From NCBI GenBank assembly GCA_018433775.1, contig JAHDQN010000057.1, positions 66,121 to 130,120 of the forward strand: a stretch of 64,000 bases of DNA, given 5' to 3'. A program made the translations under genes and the position numbers. The notes under the pieces are model-generated. The model saw only the letters and a list, made by a program, of their open reading frames with translations, searched no databases and was not told the DNA's origin. The stretch is from Deltaproteobacteria bacterium. Its GTDB lineage: Bacteria; Desulfobacterota; Desulfomonilia; UBA1062. This document shows positions 45,145 to 54,360 of the stretch, in pieces. The number at the start of each line of letters is the position of its first letter. The first letter of the stretch is position 1.

Positions 45145-46508
45145 AGATCCGCCAGCACGTTCAGGTGGCGGTAGACGTTTCTGGGCAGGATGCCCAGGGT
45201 GAGCAGGCTTGCCTGAAGGTTTGAGGTGTCCACCTTCTCCAGCTCCAGTCCGGGCAGGAGCCTGTTGGTCAGAACATCGGCCACATAGGTGAGGCTCACG
45301 ATCTCGCTGTTGTCACGGGCGACCTCCGGGGCATGGTGGAAGGATATGACATCCTTGAGGACACCCGGAAGATGCCATTTCTCCGCGAGCATGAGCCCTG
45401 CCTGACAGTGCTCAAAGCCTATGATGTCCTGCTCGACCTTGCTGGAATCCTCTTTGTGCTCGATGATCATCCGGTAGAAGAGGGGCTGCATCTTGTCGAT
45501 ATACTGATCGAGCACCACCTTTCCGATGTCGTGGAGCAGCCCGGCGGTGTAGGCTACATCGGGATTGATCTTCTTCTGCGCCGTTGCCAGGGCCTTGCAC
45601 AGCCGGGCCGTTGCCACCGCGTGGTGGAACATCCCGCCCCGGCAGAGGGAATACCCGCCGTCCGACGAGTGGTAGAGGTTTTCGATCTGGGCCGTGATCA
45701 CTATCTGGAGCAGCACCTTGCTGCCCAGAAAGACGATGGCCTGGTCGATCGACGCGATCTTGCGGGGCAGCCCGGTGTACGATGAATTGCACATCCTGAG
45801 CACCTTGGCGCTCAGGACCTGGTCTTTCTTTATCTCGGCGGCAATGGTGTTGATGTCTACATTGTCGTCGGAAAGCATCTGGGCGATGTTGAAGACGATC
45901 TGGGGAACCGGGAGAAGCCTTTCTATGGTCTTCTCGATGGTCTCCCTGTCCATGGGCTTTTTCTGGACGCCTTTCACGGGTCTCTCAAGCAGAACCGGTT
46001 CAATGCTGCACGCCCCGGTGTCGAGCCGGAAGGTCAGGCAGAAAGGGTTCACCCCGCTCGCCTCCAGGGTCTTGATGGCGATGCCGTGTTTTTTCAGGAG
46101 GGACAGCGTGATCTCGACGGTCTTGTAGGCGAAATTGATGCTCACGTCGCGGGCGGAGAAGGAATCGACCAGAGCACCGCCGGCAATGAACGCCTCCATG
46201 GTATCGATGCATGCCCCCTGCTCGACCATGGCATCGATGAAGGCGGGAATCCCGGTGCATGCATAATACGATGTATGGTAATCAGGAACGTCGCTCACGG
46301 GCTCGGGCAGAAGGATGTGGAGCATGCCTCCCAGCTTGCTCTTGTGATCGTATATGGCAAGGCCCACGCACGAGCTCAGAAAGGCCTTCAGCAGCCCGTG
46401 CCTGCCGATGACCATACCTCCGGTGGGAACAATCGTCGTCAAGGAAAATCCCCCTGCTCTTTGCATTGCCTTTCCGGCCTTTGCCTTAAAAGACCGGTTG
46501 CCTCTCAC
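45138..46508 (-). CDS. Fusion protein: N-terminal CheD-like chemoreceptor glutamine deamidase domain plus C-terminal HDOD domain.
   Basis: The N-terminal third, GGMVIGRHGLLKAFLSSCVGLAIYDHKSKLGGMLHILLPEP, matches the CheD core (LGSCV...GGM.H..LP). The C-terminal half, NIAQMLSDDNVDINTIAAEIKKDQVLSAKVLRMCNSSYTGLPRKIASIDQAIVFLG...AGLLHDIGKVVL, is HDOD. The first 15-30 codons of the track ORF may be an extension. Confidence 0.7.
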   Translation of the reverse strand: MRGNRSFKAKAGKAMQRAGGFSLTTIVPTGGMVIGRHGLLKAFLSSCVGLAIYDHKSKLGGMLHILLPEPVSDVPDYHTSYYACTGIPAFIDAMVEQGACIDTMEAFIAGGALVDSFSARDVSINFAYKTVEITLSLLKKHGIAIKTLEASGVNPFCLTFRLDTGACSIEPVLLERPVKGVQKKPMDRETIEKTIERLLPVPQIVFNIAQMLSDDNVDINTIAAEIKKDQVLSAKVLRMCNSSYTGLPRKIASIDQAIVFLGSKVLLQIVITAQIENLYHSSDGGYSLCRGGMFHHAVATARLCKALATAQKKINPDVAYTAGLLHDIGKVVLDQYIDKMQPLFYRMIIEHKEDSSKVEQDIIGFEHCQAGLMLAEKWHLPGVLKDVISFHHAPEVARDNSEIVSLTYVADVLTNRLLPGLELEKVDTSNLQASLLTLGILPRNVYRHLNVLADLY

Positions 46509-46509
46509 A

Positions 46510-47019
46510 TCAGGGCGATGAAAAGTGCCTCTGACGCTCCTTCATTACGTCGATGATCAACATTGCACAATATCCGTTTAACACGCCGGTAACGACCGAT
46601 ACAAGGAGAAACATGGGCATGATATGGGTCAGCGAGATGTGTGCGACGAAAAACAGGGCGATGGCGAGCTGTGCAGACATGTGCGCCGCCGCGCCGGCCA
46701 CGCTCACCCCGATGGGAGAGAACAGTGATCTGGGCATGGCCCACATGGTGAGTGCCGCAGAGAGCCCGCCGCCCAGAGAAAAGGCGAATATGGGCGAGAA
46801 GATGCTGCCCGTGAGGGCCGACCCGATAACGACCCTGCCGATCACCACGACGATCGCCCACAAGCCCCCGAAGGTATACAGGGCGCACAGGGTAAGGATG
46901 TTGGCCAGACCGAACCTCAAAAACGGGGCGGGCCGGGGAATGAACGACTCCATCCAGTGCAGGGCCACTGCCATGGCCACAAAGAGAGCCAGGGTCGCGA
47001 TGCGGGCGTTTCTGTCCAT
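46510..47019 (-). CDS. Gx-transporter / heptaprenyl-diphosphate-synthase-component-I-like polytopic membrane protein.
   Basis: 169 aa, about 5 TM helices, Gly-rich (FGLANILTLCALYTFGGLWAIVVVIGRVVIGSALTGSIFSPIFAFSLGGGLSAALTMWA). Confidence 0.45.
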   Translation of the reverse strand: MDRNARIATLALFVAMAVALHWMESFIPRPAPFLRFGLANILTLCALYTFGGLWAIVVVIGRVVIGSALTGSIFSPIFAFSLGGGLSAALTMWAMPRSLFSPIGVSVAGAAAHMSAQLAIALFFVAHISLTHIMPMFLLVSVVTGVLNGYCAMLIIDVMKERQRHFSSP

Positions 47020-47202
47020 GATCCTTTCAAGTCCCTTCCGAAGCTGTCTTCTCTCTCAGGATTCAATACTCCGCAGTCTCGCCGCGAAAGATCTATTCCC
47101 GTCCGGAGCTTTTGACACCCCGTAGTTTGCCTAAGGCGTAGTTCATTACACGCCTTACCACGAGCCGAGCGTTTTTGCCACCCTGGGTGGAGTTCAGCTC
47201 CC

Positions 47203-48072
47203 TCAGGGCCAGGAGTAGAATCCGCCCCGGTTTTCTCCCTTGCGGCGGTACACGATCACCGTGGGGTCCTCGACATCGGCAAGCGATTCGACCTTTCTGA
47301 GGGCCTCCTCGTAATAGCCCACCTCGTCCACCAGGTGAAGGGCCTTGCCCGTCGTGGAGGTGACGACCCTCCCGTCCTGGAACACCGCGATGTCCTGCTC
47401 GGTTACCGGACGTGTTTCTTTCACCCTGGACATGAAGTTTGAAGAAAATTCCATGACGATACTCTTCAGGAGATCGTATTCCTCGGGCGTCATATCGCGC
47501 AGCGGTGTACCGGCATCCTTGAGGTTGCCCGAGGTGATGGTCTGGTTGTCGATGCCCACCTTTTCCATCAGGCCTTCAAGACTGATTGACGGCAGCAGGA
47601 CGCCCACGTTTCCCACCACGGAGGAGGGCAGGGCGACGATATAGTCGGCGGACAGGGCCGCCATGTATGCCCCGGAGGTGCCCTGGTCCACGATGCAGCC
47701 CACTACGGGTATTTCCTGCGTAGACTTGTATTCCCGGATCCTCCTGAACACCAGGTCCGATGCCGTGTATGCCCCGCCGGGAGAGTCTATCTTCAGGATC
47801 ACGCCCCTGATCTTCTTGTCCTTTTGCGCCATTTCGAGCACATTATCGAGCCGTTCCAGGGTGCCCTGCCGCTGGATGAAGGTGTCTCGTGATCCGGTGG
47901 TCCGGATCAGTCCCAGGATCTCCACCACCAGGATTTTCTGGCCCGATCCTTTCCTGATGACACGTTCCTCCAGGGGAGGGACCTGCGTGAGGCTGGACAG
48001 ATCGACAGAAACAAAAGCGCAGCCGCTCAAGAGAAAGAGCAGAGCTGTGTACAAGAGCAGTCTTCTCTCCAT
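47203..48072 (-). CDS. sppA: Signal peptide peptidase SppA (S49 family, 36K type), lipoprotein. Start at MERRLLLYTALLFLLSGC; the track ORF starts at 48120.
   Basis: Lipobox LLSGCA. S49 core ...IRGVILKIDSPGGAYTASDLV...GTSGAYMAALSADYIVALPSSVVGNVGV. Confidence 0.8.
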   Translation of the reverse strand: MERRLLLYTALLFLLSGCAFVSVDLSSLTQVPPLEERVIRKGSGQKILVVEILGLIRTTGSRDTFIQRQGTLERLDNVLEMAQKDKKIRGVILKIDSPGGAYTASDLVFRRIREYKSTQEIPVVGCIVDQGTSGAYMAALSADYIVALPSSVVGNVGVLLPSISLEGLMEKVGIDNQTITSGNLKDAGTPLRDMTPEEYDLLKSIVMEFSSNFMSRVKETRPVTEQDIAVFQDGRVVTSTTGKALHLVDEVGYYEEALRKVESLADVEDPTVIVYRRKGENRGGFYSWP

Positions 48073-48581
48073 GATTTCCTCCTCTCTGCTTAAAATGAAG
48101 CACCTAATCAGAGAATACATAAAATTTTTTCTGATTCAATCAAAGTCTGGGAAACAGAATCGGGGACGGGTTCACATTTCCATTTTCTTCCCGCGCAATT
48201 GAATCCTCCTTCTAAAGTCCGCTTGTTGAAGGGCTTTGAGGGTGGGAGCACATTCCCGTTCAAGCTTTTAGGCTTCCACGGGCTCCAGGGCTTGCCGTTG
48301 AAGGTTCATACCATTGATCCCTCTTTCTCCTTCGCTTCTAAAGGACGTAAAAGGAGGGGCCGGGTTCCCCGCCTTTTGCGGCTTCAACCGGGTTCATGTC
48401 TTGCCCTGAAAGGCCCATGCCATTGATCGGACGCATTCGTTTCTGATCAGGTTAAGCCTTGGACACGCTCGAACGTGTACATTGCATGGCCTGTGGAAGC
48501 AACAATGTACACACACCTCTGAGGTGCCCAAACCGGCGTGCAAGAACAACGACCCTGGTGCGCTGATCTCGGGATGCGGGC

Positions 48582-49988
48582 TCAGCCTCCGGACGGGGCG
48601 CTCCCGATTTCTCCGCCGACCGTGATATCTGGGATCAGCAGGGTGGGCTGAGCATCCGCCACACCTACGCCCTGACCGTCCTTGCCGCAGGTTCCGATGC
48701 CGAAGCCCAGATCGTTGCCCACATGCGCGATCGAGCCCAGGACCTTCGGGCCGTTGCCGATAAGGGTGGCCCCCCGGATGGGCGCTCCGACCTCTCCGTT
48801 TTCGATGAGATAACCTTCCGCGATGTTGAACACGAAGTCGCCGTTGACCGTGTTGACCTGCCCGCCGCCCATCTTCTTCACGAACACGCCCTTGTCCACC
48901 TTGGCCAGGATCTCTCCGGGAGAGAGCGTCCCGGGCTGGATCATGGTGTTGCTCATGCGGGGGATGGGCCGGTTCCGGTACGATTCCCTTCTCCCGTTTC
49001 CGCTCAAGGGAAGGCCGAACTTCATGGAGGTGATGAAATCGGTGAGATAGGTCTTCAGGATGCCGTTTTCCACCAGCACGGTGCGGGTTGCGGGGTTTCC
49101 CTCGTCATCGTAGCCCATGCTGCCCCTGAGGCCTTTCACTGTTCCGTCGTCGATGACGGTGATGGCGTCCGATGCGACCCGGTTGCCGATCTGCCCGGAA
49201 TAAACGGACAATCCTTCGCCTGCGAGGTCGGCCTCGAGCCCGTGGCCGATCGCCTCGTGGACCATGGTTCCTCCCGCCTCGCTGGACAGGACGACCGGCA
49301 TGGTCCCGGCAGGCGCCCGCCTGGCATGGAGGGTCTTGAGTGCGCGGGAAAGGGCGCGTTCCGCGATGAGCTCAGGGGGGTCCTCTTCGAGGAGTTCGAA
49401 ACCCCTGGTGCCGCCCACCGGCTCGTACCCGGTCTCGATGAGGGAATCCCGCGCCACCACGCCCTGAACCACAAACACGATGGAGTCCCGCCGGTCCTCC
49501 ACGATGAATCCCTTGGAGTTCGCCACGACCACGCTGCGCACACCGTCTCCGTACATCACCTTCACCTGCGCGACGGACGGGTCGTACCCCCAGGCCTTTG
49601 ACTGCGCCCGGTTGACCATCTCGATCTTTTTGTCCGGATCGACGCCTGTGGGATCGATCCGGGAAAGCACGACCTCCCGGACGGGTCTTTTCTCCAGGGA
49701 AACAGCCTTCTCGAAGCTGCCTTTCTGCACCGCCGCCGCGACGGTGTCGGCAAGCTCATCAAGCGAAGAAAAGTCATTGGTGTATGCATAGGCGCTGCGG
49801 TCTCCCACCACGACACGCAGCCCCAGGCCGCTCTCGGTCGTGCTGACGAAGCGCTCGATCCTCCTGGCCTCGGACACGATGGAGGTGCCCTGTTTGTGTT
49901 CGATATAGACTTCGGAGAAGTCCCCGCCGTTTTTCAAAGCCTTTTTCAGCAGTCTTTCGAATGGTATGTCTTTTAACGATGTTTCCAT
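48582..49988 (-). CDS. tldD: TldD/PmbA-family metalloprotease (TldD). Start at METSLKD (49988); the track ORF 48582..50414 carries a 142-codon artefactual extension across smpB.
   Basis: METSLKDIPFERLLKKALKNGGDFSEVYIEHKQGTSI... HExxxGH motif MVHEAIGHGLEAD. C-terminal TldD region GGEIGSAPSGG. Confidence 0.85.
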   Translation of the reverse strand: METSLKDIPFERLLKKALKNGGDFSEVYIEHKQGTSIVSEARRIERFVSTTESGLGLRVVVGDRSAYAYTNDFSSLDELADTVAAAVQKGSFEKAVSLEKRPVREVVLSRIDPTGVDPDKKIEMVNRAQSKAWGYDPSVAQVKVMYGDGVRSVVVANSKGFIVEDRRDSIVFVVQGVVARDSLIETGYEPVGGTRGFELLEEDPPELIAERALSRALKTLHARRAPAGTMPVVLSSEAGGTMVHEAIGHGLEADLAGEGLSVYSGQIGNRVASDAITVIDDGTVKGLRGSMGYDDEGNPATRTVLVENGILKTYLTDFITSMKFGLPLSGNGRRESYRNRPIPRMSNTMIQPGTLSPGEILAKVDKGVFVKKMGGGQVNTVNGDFVFNIAEGYLIENGEVGAPIRGATLIGNGPKVLGSIAHVGNDLGFGIGTCGKDGQGVGVADAQPTLLIPDITVGGEIGSAPSGG

Positions 49989-50410
49989 GATTTCACCTCT
50001 CGGGCCATGTCTCTTTTTATGTCCCGCTCCTTGATCACCTCTTTTTTCCGGTATTCCTTCCTGCCTTTGGCAAGACCCAGCTCCACCTTGATGAGATTTC
50101 CCTTCAGGTAGACGCTCAAAGGCACCAGTGTCAGCCCCTTTTCCTTGATCTTGCCCGATAGCCTGGTGATCTCTTTTCTGTGCAGCAGGAGCTTTCTTTT
50201 GCGCTCGGGGTCCACATTGAATATGGAGGCCTGCACATAGGGAGCGATGTGGAAATTGGTGATGTATGCCTCCGAGTCGATAATCTGCGCATAGCTGTCC
50301 TTGATGCTGCCCCCGCCGTCTCTCAGCGATTTCACCTCCGGGCCGCTCAGCATGATGCCCGCCTCGACCTTTTCCAGGATGTCGTAGGAGCTGCGGGCCT
50401 TTTTGTTCAT
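49973..50410 (-). CDS. smpB: SsrA-binding protein SmpB. Start at MNKKARSSYD; the track ORF starts at 50518.
   Basis: NKKARSSYDILEKVEAGIMLSGPEVKSLRDGGGSIKDSYAQI...LLLHRKEI...GLTLVPLSVYLKGNLIKVELGLAKGRK. 16-nt overlap with the tldD start. Confidence 0.9.
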   Translation of the reverse strand: MNKKARSSYDILEKVEAGIMLSGPEVKSLRDGGGSIKDSYAQIIDSEAYITNFHIAPYVQASIFNVDPERKRKLLLHRKEITRLSGKIKEKGLTLVPLSVYLKGNLIKVELGLAKGRKEYRKKEVIKERDIKRDMAREVKSWKHR

Positions 50411-50429
50411 GCACAGGACGCGCCTGGCC

Positions 50430-50840
50430 TCACTCTTCATGGATGACCTCGATGATCTTGGGCGCCTCGATCTTTTTTCCCAGACGCCTGACAGCTGCGA
50501 GACTCGCCGCAAAAGCAAGAACCGCGCCCAATGCCTGGAACAAGACCGGCGTGCCCGCGGCCTGGGTGATGAAGAGGGCGGCCAGGATGGCGGCCAGGGG
50601 AACCATGAATGCGAAGGTCGAGGCCTTGAGCAGAGAGGCGCCTTCCATGGCGATGACTACGGTGTCGCCCCTGCGGACAGGCTCGGGCGGCCGGGACAGC
50701 ATCAGATCCATGCGGTTTTTCGTAAAGCCGTGGCACACGCCCGTGGCCTGGCAGCCCTGGCAGGCCGCCTTCCGGTCCACGATCACGCGGACTTCGGAAT
50801 CGTAAACGCCTTCAATGGTTCCGCAGACAGTGTTTATCAT
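50430..50840 (-). CDS. RseC/MucC-family (SoxR-reducing-system) membrane protein.
   Basis: 136 aa. N-terminus GTIEGVYDSEVRVIVDRKAACQGCQATGVCH (G.V..V....V.V...SAC.xC....C pattern of RseC_MucC), then two TM helices. Confidence 0.6.
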   Translation of the reverse strand: MINTVCGTIEGVYDSEVRVIVDRKAACQGCQATGVCHGFTKNRMDLMLSRPPEPVRRGDTVVIAMEGASLLKASTFAFMVPLAAILAALFITQAAGTPVLFQALGAVLAFAASLAAVRRLGKKIEAPKIIEVIHEE

Positions 50841-50847
50841 GGGGGAA

Positions 50848-52617
50848 TCAGCTCAGCGCGAAGAGATCGGGGGATTTGCCCACGATCTCCTGGTCCATGA
50901 ACGCGTAGATCTCGCCTGCCGTTTTCATATGGAAGACATGCTCGGCTATCCGCCGGCACTGGTCGAGATCGACTTTTCTGGCCATTTCCTTGACGTGGGA
51001 GATGGCGAATGCATTCGTGGAGAGGATGTCTATTCCCATGCCCAGCAGGATGGGCGTATAGATCTCCCTGCCCGCCATTTCGCCGCACATGGACACCGGA
51101 ATACCGGCGCTGTGGGCCGCATCGACGGTGGACTTGATCAGCCTCAGCACCGCCGGATGCAGGGGTTCGTAGAGGTAGTTCACATATTCGTTGCCCCGGT
51201 CGATGGCCAGGGCATACTGGATCAGGTCGTTGGTCCCGATGCTGAAGAAATCCACCTCGGAGGCGAGGATATCCGCGATGGTGGCCGCGGAGGGGACCTC
51301 GATCATGATTCCCACCGGGATACTTTCGTCGAAGGGGATGCCTTCCTTGAGCAGGGTCTCTTTTGTTTCATCAAGGATGGCCTTTGCCTTCATGAGCTCG
51401 TCCATGCCCGAGATCATGGGGAACATGATGGATGTGTTGCCGTAGTGGCTCGCCCTCAGGATTCCCCTGAGCTGCGTCCTGAAGACGTCCACCTCTTTGA
51501 GGCACAACCGGATGGCCCTCAGGCCCATGACCGGGTTCATCTCATTACGGAGCTTGCCCAGCGATGAATAGAGCTTGTCACCGCCCAGGTCCAGTGTCCT
51601 GATCACGGTGTTGTAGGGCGATACGGTCTCCACCACGGTCTTGTACGCCTGGTAGTGGTCCTCCTCGCTGGGGACGTGGTTCCTGTTGAGATAGAGAAAC
51701 TCGGTGCGGTAGAGCCCGATGCCCTCGGCCCCGTGGTCAAGGACAGTCTTCACCTCGTCCTTGAACTCCAGGTTTCCCTTGACCTTGACGTACTTCCCGT
51801 CCCGGGTGACGGCCGGGGACTTTGCCTTTTCCTTGAGCTTCAGCTCGAGGGTGATGAACGAGCGTTCCCGGTGCTCATATTCCAGGACCTGATTCTCGGA
51901 GGGGTTGACGATCACTACGCCGGAAATCCCGTCGAGGATCACGTTGTCCCCCGGATTGATCAGCGCGGAGGCGTTCTCCAGACCCACCACGGCGGGCATC
52001 TCCAGGGAATGGGCGATGATGGAGGTGTGTGACGTCAGGCCGCCCACGTCGGTGGCGAAGCCCAGGATCTTTTCCTTGTTCAGCATGGCGGTATCTGCGG
52101 GGGAGAGATCGTGGGCCACGATGATGCTGTTGTCAAGGAGGTGGCACCTGCTGGTCTTCCTGCCGATGAGGTTCCTGAGGAGGCGCTCTCCCACGAAGGT
52201 CGTATCCGCGACCCTGCTCTTGATGTATTCATCGCCGATGGAGTCGAAATCCTTTTCGATTTCAAGCAGCGCGTTCTTGAGCGCCCATTCGGCATTGATG
52301 TGTTCCGTGGTGATGAGCTCCCTGACCCTGCCGCTGAGTGCGGGATCGGTGAGCATCATCATATGCGTCTCCAGGATAAAGGAATGCTCTTTCCCCACGT
52401 TGTGGGCTTCGAGCTCCCTGATCGCCTCTTTGATCTGTTTCTCGGACACCTTGACCGCATTGTCGAAGCGCTTTATTTCGTCTTTCAGAAGAGACGCCGT
52501 AATCCGGATCTTGGGGTAACGCTCGATCTTTTTGGTGTCCATGATCACGGCCTTGCCGATGGCAATGCCGGCCGATGCGGCTACCCCGTGGAGAATATGA
52601 ACCTGGCGCTGATCCAT
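50848..52617 (-). CDS. ptsI: Phosphoenolpyruvate-protein phosphotransferase, PTS Enzyme I.
   Basis: 589 aa. GVAASAGIAIGKAVI N-terminus. Phospho-His region GGLTSHTSIIAHSLEMPAVVG. C-terminal PEP-utilising TIM barrel. Confidence 0.95.
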   Translation of the reverse strand: MDQRQVHILHGVAASAGIAIGKAVIMDTKKIERYPKIRITASLLKDEIKRFDNAVKVSEKQIKEAIRELEAHNVGKEHSFILETHMMMLTDPALSGRVRELITTEHINAEWALKNALLEIEKDFDSIGDEYIKSRVADTTFVGERLLRNLIGRKTSRCHLLDNSIIVAHDLSPADTAMLNKEKILGFATDVGGLTSHTSIIAHSLEMPAVVGLENASALINPGDNVILDGISGVVIVNPSENQVLEYEHRERSFITLELKLKEKAKSPAVTRDGKYVKVKGNLEFKDEVKTVLDHGAEGIGLYRTEFLYLNRNHVPSEEDHYQAYKTVVETVSPYNTVIRTLDLGGDKLYSSLGKLRNEMNPVMGLRAIRLCLKEVDVFRTQLRGILRASHYGNTSIMFPMISGMDELMKAKAILDETKETLLKEGIPFDESIPVGIMIEVPSAATIADILASEVDFFSIGTNDLIQYALAIDRGNEYVNYLYEPLHPAVLRLIKSTVDAAHSAGIPVSMCGEMAGREIYTPILLGMGIDILSTNAFAISHVKEMARKVDLDQCRRIAEHVFHMKTAGEIYAFMDQEIVGKSPDLFALS

Positions 52618-52883
52618 CAGGCCTCTCCGAATCCCTGCTTGACGAGCCTTGCAAGCGCTTCGACTGCCTGGCTCTCATCGTCGCCGGCGGCCTTGATGAC
52701 AATATGGCTGCCTTTGGTGGCAGCGAGGGTTAGCAGTTCCATGATGCTTTTTCCATTTACCTCCATGTGGTCTTTTATTACGATGATATGGGAAGTGAAC
52801 TCCGACGCCTGACGGGAGAATGCCGCAGCGGCACGAGCGTGCAATCCCAACTTGTTCTGGATGGTTACTCTTTGCTCCTTCAT
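52617..52883 (-). CDS. ptsH: Phosphocarrier protein HPr (88 aa). Start at MKEQRVTIQNKLGLHARAAAAF; the track ORF extends to 53162.
   Basis: GLHARAAA (His-15 phosphorylation motif) and GKSIMELLTLAATKGSHIVIKAAGDDESQAVEALARLV. ATGA overlap with ptsI. Confidence 0.85.
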   Translation of the reverse strand: MKEQRVTIQNKLGLHARAAAAFSRQASEFTSHIIVIKDHMEVNGKSIMELLTLAATKGSHIVIKAAGDDESQAVEALARLVKQGFGEA

Positions 52884-53593
52884 TTTATAATAGTCCATAC
52901 CAAACTGAGAGTAAATACTCCATAGAATATCCATAACACCCCCAGTTTGAGTCTGAATGCAACGGCTGCGGCGATAAAGACCAGCAGATTCGCCCCCAGC
53001 AGGGTCAACCCCGTATCGTGCTTGAGCGACATCACGGCAATGACCATCCCTGCCAGCAGGGGGATGGCCAGGGCGATGCGTTTCGTCCTGTCGATCGCCA
53101 GGGTCGCGGCCAGCTCCAGGGCCCCTGCCGGCCCGTTTCGGTAACCCCGGGCAAACCCCCATGTCATGGTCCAGAGATGGATACCGTTGTAGAGCAGGAG
53201 CACCAGGATCATGGACCAGACGTTATCCCCCATGAGGGCAAGGAGCAGGAGGAGCGCGATGATCGGCTTGAGCGTGGCCCAGAAAAAGGTGTCGCCCAAA
53301 GCGGCCAGTGAACCGGAGATCCCGGGCCTGAGCTTCTCGATCACCGCCTCGTCGCCGCGCTCCTCGATGTTCAGGAAGACGCCGCCGATTGCGGGTGCCA
53401 TGTAGGGGTGGGTGTTGAAAAAGCGGACGTATTTCTCAGCCGCTTTTTCCGCGTCAGCCGGGCGCACCTTCTTCAGGCCGGGCAGCATGGCATACACGAA
53501 GCCGATATTCTGCATGCCTCTGAAATTCCACGCACCCTGGACGAAGAAAAAACGCCAGATAATTTTTACCATTAGTCTTTTTGACAGTTCCAC
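52880..53593 (-). CDS. PTS mannose/fructose/sorbose-family IID-like membrane component (ManZ-like), stand-alone.
   Basis: 237 aa. RFFFVQGAWNFRGMQNIGFVYAMLPGLKKV and FFNTHPYMAPAIGGVFLNIEE align with E. coli ManZ (LFQGSWNFERMQALGF...FFNTQPFVAAPILGVTLALEE). 4-nt overlap with the HPr start; no IIA/IIB/IIC partner in the window. Confidence 0.7.
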   Translation of the reverse strand: MELSKRLMVKIIWRFFFVQGAWNFRGMQNIGFVYAMLPGLKKVRPADAEKAAEKYVRFFNTHPYMAPAIGGVFLNIEERGDEAVIEKLRPGISGSLAALGDTFFWATLKPIIALLLLLALMGDNVWSMILVLLLYNGIHLWTMTWGFARGYRNGPAGALELAATLAIDRTKRIALAIPLLAGMVIAVMSLKHDTGLTLLGANLLVFIAAAVAFRLKLGVLWIFYGVFTLSLVWTIIK

Positions 53594-53663
53594 AGCTTGA
53601 GAATCACTAGCACAGAAAAAACAGGGAAGGCAATAGCCGCCGGCCAGGGGACTTCAAGCGGCA

Positions 53664-54317
53664 TTACCGCGATTTTTTTACCCCTATTTTCCCGCAAAAC
53701 TCGGCCAGCCTGCACCGTGAGCAGAAGGGGCTTATGGGCACGCAGACGAACTGCCCGTAAGGGACGAGATAGTCGTTGATGACGGTCCAGTACCTCACCG
53801 GAAGTTTTTCTCTGAGCCTCATTTCCGTCTCGTCGGGATTTCTGGTGGACACATATCCCCACCGGTTGGTGATCCGGTGGACATGGGTGTCGACACAGAT
53901 GCCCAGGCCGCCGAAGGCGAGGATGATCACGAGGTTGGCCGTCTTTCTCCCCACCCCCGGCAACGCCAGGAGCCGGTCCATGTCGTCGGGAACCCGGCCC
54001 CCGAAGGTGTCCAGCAGGATCCGGGATACCTCCAGGATATTTCTTGCCTTGGTCTTGTAGAACCCCACCGGGAATATGGCCTTTTCGATCTCTTCCACAG
54101 GGATGCGCACCATCCGCTCGGGCGTGGGGGCAAGGGCAAAAAGCCTCCGGGACGCCTCTTCGGTGGTCGCGTCTTTGGTCCTGAGGCTGAGCATGGTGGA
54201 AACGAGCACCTGGAAGGCATTCGAGGTGCGGGCCACCTTGCTGACGATGGGCTCGCGCAGAGGCTTCACATCGGCTTTCAGGATGCGGAACACAGAGTCG
54301 ATCACCGAGTTGTCCAT
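53664..54317 (-). CDS. nth: Endonuclease III (HhH-GPD + 4Fe-4S). Start at MDNSVI; the track ORF starts at 54515.
   Basis: HhH-GPD LPGVGRKTANLV. Cys cluster CVPISPFCSRCRLAEFC. 218 aa from the chosen start. Confidence 0.9.
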   Translation of the reverse strand: MDNSVIDSVFRILKADVKPLREPIVSKVARTSNAFQVLVSTMLSLRTKDATTEEASRRLFALAPTPERMVRIPVEEIEKAIFPVGFYKTKARNILEVSRILLDTFGGRVPDDMDRLLALPGVGRKTANLVIILAFGGLGICVDTHVHRITNRWGYVSTRNPDETEMRLREKLPVRYWTVINDYLVPYGQFVCVPISPFCSRCRLAEFCGKIGVKKSR

Positions 54318-54360
54318 GGGTCGTTCCCTACACCGGATGATGGTTTTCCGCAACCTTTCT

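Noticed and set aside
48582-50414. Track ORF giving a 610-aa TldD with a 142-codon His/Gly/Gln-rich N-terminus.
   Set aside because: The extension runs through the smpB gene in another frame. TldD homology begins at METSLKD (49988), giving the canonical 469 aa or so. Similar extensions were trimmed for nth (54515 to 54317), the lipoprotein 55462..56922, the aminotransferase 16177..17499, DegT 17369..18841, HPr 52617..53162, smpB and sppA.
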